Origin: Catajapyx aquilonaris
Lineage: Eukaryota
NCBI GenBank assembly: GCA_000934665.2
Contig: KZ539025.1
Span: forward strand, 1-43,065
Reading direction: 5' to 3'
DNA length: 43,065 bases
Notes under the pieces: model-generated
What the model was told of the DNA's origin: nothing
Database searches by the model: none
What the model saw: only the letters and a program-made list of their open reading frames with translations
Part shown: positions 25,601-36,424 of the stretch, piece after piece
Layout of the letters: each line of letters opens with the position of its first letter
Position numbering within the stretch: the stretch's first letter is position 1
Program-made: the position numbers and the translations under genes

Positions 25601-28600
25601 AGCAAATAGTCTGCCAGAAGCTGCAAAAAAAAAAAAATCAACTACAATAAAACCTATCGGCACTTGTTGAAATATTGTTTCATTATACTGCATGAGGTCC
25701 AGAAAATTTTTTACTGCCCTGCCTAAAGATTATAAACACTATAGAACAAAATCCATAATACCGGGGCTGAAAATAATATAAACATTAACAAGATGCCCGT
25801 AAATTATAAAAAAATGCATACTGCAACTCTAGTACTTCACGTACACTAATGTATGAAGGACAATCAGAATGTTCTGAGCTTCAATGTAAAGAAGATATAG
25901 AGAGAAACTTCACACCCCCAAGTGGTTCCACAATAATTCTTTCCATGAGCACAGTAATTGTGTTTGAAGGATATGCACCTCGTATAATACTTTTTGCATC
26001 CAAATTACAGAAAAGTAATGAAGCAATTAACTTTTCGATTTTAGCATGCCATCGTGAATGAAGAGGACTCCATAGAAGTACTTGTAATAAGAAGTTTAGC
26101 TTCAAAAATACTGCATCCAGTACAGGAAGTCCCCAGTCTACAAAAGGGGTTATGTTCCTGTCCATAAGTCAGATTTGTATGCAACTCGAATCCCTGAGGA
26201 ACAGTGCATATATGCAGCGTCAAGATGCTGCTTCAACGAACCACTTACGTCATGTGTGTTTCTTTCCAGGTGTGGTAGGAGTAGTTTCCCAATTATTTAT
26301 TAATTATACAGTATTTATGAACTTCATGTCAGTCAACGTATGCAGAAGTGATTTAAAGTGGGGAAATAATTATTAATTATCGGTATGGAGAGCTCAGCTG
26401 GAGCCCGTTCATAAGTATGGATCACCGTAAGTCCGGTCGTTCGTAAACCCGGGACTTCCTGTATATTACATTTTTTTTGCATATTTCTTATATGCCAGGT
26501 GGTAGATGTTGAGCATTCACCGTGTATTCCCACAATAATTGGCATCCAAACTGCTCGAATTTTCACAATTACAATGGACAAAATATTTGGGGTCCCTGTA
26601 TTCTCAAGTTCTGAGCATTCTAAATAAAATGCCCTTAAGCCACATTCTCACAAGTGCTCTTGTACTTCCTTTATTGCAGTCAGGCATGCTTCATCTCCCA
26701 AAAGAGGACTTTCTAGACATTAAACTTTTGTTTGCCTGTCAGTAAGAATAGAGAAAAACACGCCCCCTTGTGATATACAGTGTGTGTCTGTCCAACGGCT
26801 GCCAGCATATTCCTTGGGCCAAAACAAGTAAAAAATGTTGGGGAGAAATGTCGGGGGACCAACCGTTAACAAGGTACATGACCAGAAACATTGGCCAGTG
26901 GCCATACGGAGCAGGATATGAGCGGTGATAATCACTTTTGTGAAAGAGGTGATTTCACAAATCCCAACAGTCATGATTATCACTCTCATATCTGCTCCCT
27001 AGGATACCACCTGCCAATGTTTCTGGTCATCTCCCTTGCTAACGGTTGGTCCATCGACATTTCTCCCCCCTACATTTTCGACTTGTTATGGCCCAAGGAA
27101 TACACTGGAGCCATTGGCCATACTAGTAAAAAACACCCTGTAAAAAACTAGGCTTTCAAGCCTAGAAACACAGGATGCAGGTGCAATGTTTTGCTTCTTA
27201 TTTTAGTCCACCACAATAAATACACTGCACATCTAACTGGCCATATTACTGTGCATTATTTTTCCCATATTTACAGTAACTTGTAGAAAACTATTAAACT
27301 ATTTGGACTTCATAACACATAATTAACATCCATCATTCTAATTTGTCTTCTGGAAACCTGAGGTTGGTTGATAGGCTATTTTCACAAGAGGCCACCATGG
27401 CAGCGCTGCCGGAAAAATTAAGCGGCACTGCTGGCCGCAAGAAAAGTCGCGTCTCATGTGAAAGGCTTAATATGATTCAACGCAAACATGTGGCGGCGCA
27501 GCCAGCTGGCAGAGGTTGGCAGCACCGAAAATCACCCTGCCCACCACCAGCATTTCTGGCGGCGCGTGGGTAGCGCTGCCAAACACCACGTGTGAAAGGC
27601 TCCACTTGCAGCATTGCAAAGACCTTCCGGCGCTGCCATGGTGGCCTCGTGTGAAAGAGGTCACACACTTTTGGGTGATCTTTCTCTATTCCTTTCTTCA
27701 CACCTGCATACTTTGCACACATTTTCAATTTGCTTGAAGAATGCAGAATGTCACCATCTTATCTTCATAACTATTGATGAAATTCTAACAATGGCTCCCA
27801 GAAACATGCAGAACTGTTGACCAACATTGGGTCTCTCATTGAGCTCACTCGAGACAACACACTTCCCTACTCATACAAGAAATTCCAGAAAGATTGCCAG
27901 AATATGTCAATTGTATTTTCCATCCCATACCAAATCTCCTTCATACACAACTCCCAAAACATTTTCATATGCCTTCATACAGCACAACTGAGAACATCAT
28001 TAATGAACAAATCTTGTTTCTATCTTGCAGTGCTAAGGCCTTCAATCACTCTCTTCATAATAATTCAGAAGTGCACTGAAGCAGTATTGTGCAGGATAAG
28101 TCACCTCAAACTAGCAACATAAGCAGAAGGCTAGTTTGTCCAAAAGAATGTGCAGTGTTGAAACTAACCCACTAGCTTAGTGAGAGTTATTCACAAATTG
28201 AAGTTAGCATGCTACATGCAGTTAGTAAGGGAAAATGGAGAAAATACCACACCAGCCCTGACATCATAACCTACAGCATGTCACCACAACAATGTTTTGA
28301 ATTCTGAGAAGTATTACTAACATTTCCTCCTTTTTAAAACTTGTACGTAGTGTATCACATTTAAGTGGTCAATCCAATCAAATCTGATCGGTATGCCAGA
28401 CTGGCCTACCAATGAGAGTATGTCTGCAGCAGCCGCAAGCAGCTTAGATTAAGACGTACCCTAATTTCAATGTCTGTCCACCTGCACGTAGACCTTCTTC
28501 CCCCAACAAAGCAACTTGCTCTTCATCTTGACTGGTCATCTGCGAGTACCGGTAGCTAGACTCAGCCTGGCAACACAATGTCCTTATTATTTGGGTGAAT

Positions 28601-31600
28601 TTGCTAGAACAGTCAGTCAGGGGGTGGGGGGTGGAGGCAAGTGTCAATGCTATGCTAGTGTGCATGGGGAAAACAGATTGCAGAGAAATAATCAAGTAAA
28701 TAACTTGTGAATCAAGAATCATTAGAAGCACAATGTAAATGTCATGGCTGGAATCCAAGCTCATTCTCCTGCACGTTCAACCACATCCTTAATTACATCC
28801 TCAAAGTGTAAAGCAGTTTTTATACAGTATATGCGATATTGCCCTGCTAGCATAATTTGAATGAACTCTGCAATTACTGCCCGATAACCATAAGACGTCA
28901 CACTCTCATCCCTTGCTCCCCAGCGTAAAATTGCACATTACAAATAAATCTCTGCAAAACATGCACACAATCAGTTATTAACAATTAATAACCTGACAAG
29001 TTACTCTTGGTTAACCCTGTGCCGTGTTTCAAAGGACAGTATTAAAATGTAACACCAAGTGAACAAAACAAAAAAAAATGCATCAAACAGGTGGACAGAA
29101 TGTCAAAATTGCATGACGAAGCATAAAGACGACTACATAACAGCTCTGTGACAGCTCCTTCACATCCAAGGAGTCAAATAAAAGCAAGGCAATTATATAA
29201 AAAGTAGGACTGGTGCTTCTCGTCAATAAAAAATATTCCAACCATGACAAAACAGCTGCCAATTATGTGTGATAGTACAGAAAAAAGTAGGGTTGCAAAG
29301 CAGTGGCTTCAATTTCATTCTACACCAGTAATAAGCAACAATTAAAATTGAAAACTAGCACACACTACAAAGAACATGAAGCAAAGACTCTCAACAGAAA
29401 ATAAAATTGTCATTTCTGCTACACCCGCACCAGTCCTGGCCACATGCCCAACAAATGCCAATGGAAGAGAACGTGAGCATGCAGTGTACTCTACACTTGT
29501 GCTGTAAAATAAATACACCAGGTAAGACAGCAGAAATGCAATTATACCACTAGGGTAGGAAAGAAGAGCCGGTCAAGCTCAGTTCATCTTCCATTTTCCA
29601 AATTGCTGTCAACAGGTGGAGCTTTTTATTTTAAAGGCATTGCTGGAAAAAAACCAGTTAATTTTAGTTGCTCAGGCACAGTAGTATACACTATTGAACA
29701 AATGATAGATTCTAATGAGACCCGAAACCTGTATCATTCTCATGTTAATACAGGGTGTCTCATTACTATTAGTAGGTCCCCTGGCAGACAGAATACTCTC
29801 GGCCAAAGACAAGTCGAAAATGTAGTGGGGAGGAATGTTGAGGGACCAACTGGTAACGAGGTAGATGACCAGGCACACACACATTGGCCTACTCTAGACA
29901 CATGTGGCAACACACACAACACCTTTCTGCAAGGAGACAGCCTGGCAGGTGGACCCACTCACCTTCAATAGTTGCCTAGGAGCAGAATATGAGGATGATA
30001 ATCATGACTGTGAAAGAAGCAACCTTGCAAAATGCTGCAGTATCAATAGTGATTATTACTCAGATCCTGCTCCCTAGGCAACAACTGGAAGTACACAGGT
30101 TCATCTGTCAGGGGATCTACCTACAGAAAGGTATGATGTGTGTTGCAGGATTTGACTACCTTGTTACTGGTTGGTCTCTTGACATTTCTCCCCATTACAT
30201 TTTTGACTTGCTTTAGGCCAAGAAGTAAGCTGTCTGTCAGTGGATCTACTACTACGAAACACCCTGCATAACGTGCCTTGTCTAAACAACCACTGATCTT
30301 ATGTCAGAATGTCCCATGCACTGCTAAGAAGTTGAATCAAGTGGAATTGCATTAAGACATTGTAGTATTTCATAATGATATTATGGAGCTTAAAACTCTC
30401 AATGATACGAGGTAGGCGCCAGAAGTTTCTGTCCTATGTTCCAGGTGTGATGGATATCAAATGATGGTGTCATTTTTCAATACTACTCTTCTTGTACAAC
30501 AACACACTCCTTACATCTTGGGATTAGCAATCAATACCATTGGAAAAATTGTCCAAAATTTTGTCTGCAAGTGCTCATGAACAGTTCCCTGCAACTCTTT
30601 GTTTTTTCATTTTTTTCTTCCTGGAATGCCTTTTTTGAGTTTTGAAAACAGATAAAAGCCATTGGGGACCAGGTCTGGGTTGTAGAATGGTTGGTCATGC
30701 TCCTCGAAGTCCGAGACTCTGTTCAATAGCACTGGGAGTGAGGCTTTCCTCTTGGTACTCGATTTTCAACATTATCTGAAATGGTGCAACTCATCTGACT
30801 GAAATTAAGTTTACTAAAATGAGTGATGCAATTTGGGAGCAGAAACTTGTACATTAGTCCACTCATGAATGACACTAGCTAACCTTACCATTGTTTTATT
30901 TCCATCACCCCTGGTACATAGCGAGGCCAGAAACTTTTGGCGCCTACCTCATACTTCAATTAGTCACAGATTTCAGCAATTCTATGACTCTATACAGGGT
31001 GTATCTGAACTCAGTGCCCCGACGTATATGACTGCCTTCCTAGCCACCTGAGGATCAACTTATGTAGAGGAGTCATTATGTCTGGGCAGCCTCATTACTG
31101 AGATACACTCTTTAGCGATTTTTGCCTAATCGCTCCTTCTGACTTTTAAATAGAATTTTCTGGTGTAACTAGCCAAAGAGGCCTTACCACCGGTGGGCAA
31201 CAAACCAACAAAGTCCGGCCCCCAGACCTTCCAGAGCCTTCTGACTGGGGGAGGGTTCGATGGGTGGCCTAACCGACAGGATATTTTGTACTACATGTTT
31301 GCGGCCAATTATCTCAGAAATGCGGCAGCCAGACATAATGACTCCTATACTTAAATCGATCCTCTGGTGGCTAGGAAGGCAGTCGTGTACGTGGGGCACT
31401 GAGTTCAGATACACCCTGTATTTCATGTACCATATATGAACATACAGAGCATGAGAATCACAAAATCTGGCAAATAACTTGTGATAGAATAGTTTTGCTT
31501 GAAGTTTCCAGCCCTACAAATATTTTATATGTTGCAACAATTATGGCAGAACTATAGTTGTCATAGGGTAATTCCACAGGAACAGAGACATGATCCAAAA

Positions 31601-34600
31601 ATTATGTCACGTATTGTGGGGTGGTAGATGGCTTATTGAAATCAGATCATTATGTCATGTCAGATGAAGTGTAGCAATGTTCTGCTACCAGATAGCAGCA
31701 GAATCATGGAAATTTAAGATATGCAGTTGAATCCGGATATAACAGACTTCAAGGGACCACGGAAAGCAGTCTGTTATAACCAAGGTATGTTAGCCGATTA
31801 CACAAGCCATATATGGAAGTTTGCAGGGACCGGCCTTTTGAGTCTGTTATAACCAAAAGTCTGTTATAGCAGAGGCTGTTATATCCGGATTCAATTTTAA
31901 TAGTAGTAACTGATGCAACTTTTCACTGTTTGTTGCGTTACCAGTTACATTAATCCTAATTTCTCTTGAAAACATGAACATGAGTAGGCATGGTCTAAAA
32001 TAATCACAAAATTGCTCCGCCAGTGTAGATCACATATCAGTTGTAACATTACTTCTGAACACATTCAGCTCACAGGGTTTCACGTCACTACAACACCGCC
32101 CAAAGAGCTTGTCTTTTTCATGTTGCATCAGTTACGTTGCATTGATATCTTACGGAGTCAATTCAAGTTACTCTTGCAAAATTCTAAAAATATGGCAATA
32201 AGCTACCAGGAGACAGCCAAATGGGAATAATATTAAATTCCTTTTCCATTAACAGTTGTCATTGCAATAAATATAAGTACAGCATGAATCCCTTTCCAGA
32301 TGTTGCATCAGTTACGGTGGAATTAACCCATAATTATCTGCATTTAATAATGTAAAATTGCTATTTATTGTTATATTAGTGTATACGGAAAGTAAGTTCC
32401 GGTTTTTTATTAGAAAAACCACAATGCACCCCCAAAAATTTTATTTACGCGTCTGACATCAACAACTGTCTACTTTTTTTCAAATAGTTTCCAAACAAAT
32501 CAAGGCATTTTTCATTGAGTTACACAAGATTTTGTATGCCTATGTCAGAGAGGTCTGCCGCCAGCCATTTCCACGATCCCTGAATGCTGGATTGCAACTC
32601 CTCGTCATTGTCAACCTTCTACTTTGCAAACCATTTCTTCCTGTCCTAGACTGGTGGTATTCGCTAGGTTCTAAATCCCGGGTGATTGAACAATTTATTA
32701 CCAATTTAATTGTTGCCTGGCGGCATGTTGAGTTCCAGGTGTTTTTCTTGCATGAAAATGCCACCTGGCTACTGCCTTGCTTACTGGAACCCTGCCGTAA
32801 CAATTCAAGTGCTAATTCTTTGATCACCCGGGATTTAGAGCCTAGCGATTACCACTTGTCCATGGACAGGAAGAAATGGTTTGCAAAGCAGAAGGTTGAC
32901 AATGACGAGGAGTTGCAATCCAGGGATCGTGGAAATGGCTGGCAGCAGATCTCTCTGACATAGGCATACAAAATCTTGTGTAATTCAATGAAAAATTCCT
33001 CGATTTGTTTGGAAACTATTTTGAAAAAAAGTAGACAGTTGTCGATTTCAGATGCGCAAATAAAATTTTTGGGGGTGCGTTGTGGTTTTTCTAATAAATA
33101 AACGGACCTTACTTTCCAGATACGCTAATACCATAACCTCTTTTCTACTTTATTCTGTGTTGTTCCTTATGAGTCAGTCTGCTTGCCTGCCTGAGTTCCT
33201 GCTACAAATAACAAGCAATTTGGTGGAAAAGGCTTCTAGTTTTTATCACACACAATGCATACCATCAGCAGTCAATTCTTAATTTATCATCTTCATGTTA
33301 ATACTGAATGACTTACCTCATCAAAGAACACTTGCGTCTTACGTAGAATATGCTTAAGTTCTGTCAATTCCAGGTAGTTCCTTTTCAGTGCCTCTGCATT
33401 TTGATTCACTTCACGGAGTTCATTCTCCAACTTCTCAAATGTGGCCTGTAACAGACATTAAGCACCACGTGTAAGTCACAAGACATTGTTAGAGTAACTG
33501 CACATAAAGGTCCTGCAGCTGGACTTATTATCTGATGGGAGAAAGTAGTATTGGCTCCAACCAACAGCGTGATATATCAGCATGCTTCAAAAGGCAGTAC
33601 CATTTGGGAGTAAAATTTTAAAATAATTTCCCCTTAAAAATAGCCCAAGCATTTTAGGTAGATATGTGATCTAACCCGGTAATAAATAATGTAAATCTGA
33701 AAATTGGAGGAAATGTTCTGTTAAGTGTGCTGAACAACATACTAGAAGTCCTATGGGCAGATGGGCTCCTATGCCGGCGTCTTTTCGGCACAAGAAGTAC
33801 ATAAGTGACACTCGCCGTGGACTTGGCTATAAAAGCAAAACTACTCGTCCGATTTTGTTTGGATTTCTCTTAAAATGTGCAGGATTGTATGTACAACGAT
33901 CTGGTGAGGTCAGCTTGCCACCTTCAGGTCAAGGGGGCCATGAAAATGACCGCCCAATTTGAATTTTTCGCCTCGCACTTCAGAAACATCGAAATAATAC
34001 GACCTGCGCAACTGACTCGGCAAAATGTGTAGGGTCTAAAATGCTTCCCCATACTTTCCCCTTTCCAGCGATATCTCTGGCATGTTTGTGCGATCATCTG
34101 TTTCACAACTGTAACTCATTATGATAGCACTCGTGCAGCCATCATCTCTTCATCCGAGCCGCGCTCACAGCCCGCCTGGCAAAATCTGAATTCGTGTCTC
34201 CTTCTGATGGTTAGAAGCAAAATTAGAAACACTTTGCTAACAAGCCTTTTTAGACTAATAATTCGACCACGCTGATTTCGAAAATCACTGTTAGCACTCT
34301 GGATTTTGGGTCCTTGTGCCCCAGAAGCAAGATGGCATCCAAGATTACACCATTACCCAAAATTCCAACATTTTGGCGTGTTTTACCCTCAATATCGCAA
34401 GCGAGGCCTACAAAGGTAGAAAAGATACACAGGTACACGATGCTTGGCGCGCTAGTAATTACTGGACTTGTCTGATGGTTACAATCCTTGGACTGTGCAT
34501 TTGTCATCATGAAATAAAATATTGCTAGTCACAACGTATTCTGGGACAGCCTTATGTGTGTGTTATGAACAAGCCCTTTCAAATTCGTAAAAGTACCCAC

Positions 34601-36366
34601 AATTTCAAATTGTCTGATTCTGATGACGTCATATGACCTTGGGTCATCCATGGCTGATCTTAGCAACCCAGTAAACCCCTAAAACCCTACGGTACCTTGC
34701 TAGCGATATTGAGGGTAAAACATGCCAAAGCGTTGTATTTTAGGAAGCGGTGTAATCTTGGATACCATCTTGTTTTGGGGCACAAGGACTCAAAATCCAG
34801 AGTGCTAACAGCGATTTTCGAAATCAGCGTGGTCGAATTAGTCTAAAAATGCTTGTTAGCAACTTGTTTCTAATTTTGCTTCTATCCATCAGAAAGAGAC
34901 ACGAATTCAGATTTTGCCAGGCGGGCTGAGCGCGGCTCGGATGGAGCGATGATGGCTGCATGGGCGCTATCATAGTGTGTTACAGTTGTGAAACAGATGA
35001 TCGCACAAAACATGCCCGAGATATTGCTGGAAAGGAGAAAGTATGGGGAAGAATTTTAGGCCCTACACATTTTGTAGAGTCAGCTGTGCAGGACGTATTA
35101 TTTTGATGTTTCTGAAGTGCGAGGCAGAAAATTCAAATTGGGCGGTCATTTTCATGGCCCCCTTGACCTGAAGGTGGCATGTTGACCTCACCAGATCGTT
35201 GTACATACAATCCTGCACATTTTAAGAGAAATCCAAACAAAATCGGACGAGTAGTTTTGCTTTTATAGCCAAGTCCACGGCGAGTGTCACTTATGTACTT
35301 CTTGCGCCGAAAAGACGCCGGCATAGGAGCCCATCTGCCCATAGGACTTTTAGTATGTTGTTCAGCACACTTAACAGAACATTTCCACCAATTTTCAGAT
35401 TTACATTTATTACCAGGTCAAACCCTAAAATTACTGGGCTAGAAACATAGTCGTATGATGCCACAGATCTTTAGCTACTACTGCACACAAACACCAAGTC
35501 AAAGGAAGCATTTTTTGAACTCAGGCTCAGACTGTGTAAGCTTATGTTGAGAAAACTTATTCCCAAGCATATCCTTTCATCTCTGGGTCACTCCACAGGC
35601 TCTCGGCTACTAAATTTTCTGAAGGTGGCAAAACAAGTGAAGGTGACGCAGTGAAAGGTATGCACTACAGTCTGGGTGTTCAAAAATGCACCACTTGAAC
35701 AGTTCGAGACTTTAAGCAATCTTCAATGCTATATGCAGTCCAGCATTGTCATGCATCCTTCGACAACAGTTCGATTGGAAAGTCTTTTCTATCCTCAAAA
35801 CGGTCCAGACAGCATAGAATGCTCTTACAATGAGAGGCCTTAACTTGTTTTGCCACCTCCAAAAATTTTCTGGCAGGTTTGGTTTGGTTTGGTTTATTCA
35901 GAAGAAGCCAAAGCAACTATGGCTATCTGGCTGTAGAAGACGTAAAGGTGGGACAGGTGGAGAGAAAAACGAAGAGGAAAAAGAAGCTTAGCAACAGGAG
36001 TGCTTGACATAATATGGCCAAGTGACTTTCCCAGGTGAAATGTCATTGGTGAATGGGAACAGTGAAAAGTACCAGCACTGGCAGAAACAGGCACCTGCCA
36101 GCAGAAGTTACATGAAAGCTGAGATGTATCCTGTTCCTGAAATATTTTGTCCTCACTTTGCTGCCCCAATGCTTAAGTGTGCACCCAGTTTATGTTTTCA
36201 AAACCTGGTACCATACTTTGAAAGATGTTTTAATCAAAATTATAATTGTGTCAGGTAGCAGCTAAATATAATCCCATCATGTGGCTATGTTGATCTGTGG
36301 GGGAAATTCTTGCAAAAATATTGACAGCCAAGATTACTTGGGGTTGTACAAAAAATATTTCACACT

Positions 36367-36424
<58 letters not shown>

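Noticed and set aside
33753..35342. Twin 69-aa ORFs [11 protein letters not shown] on opposite strands
   Set aside because: They are a by-product of the inverted arms of the foldback, with no recognisable domain.
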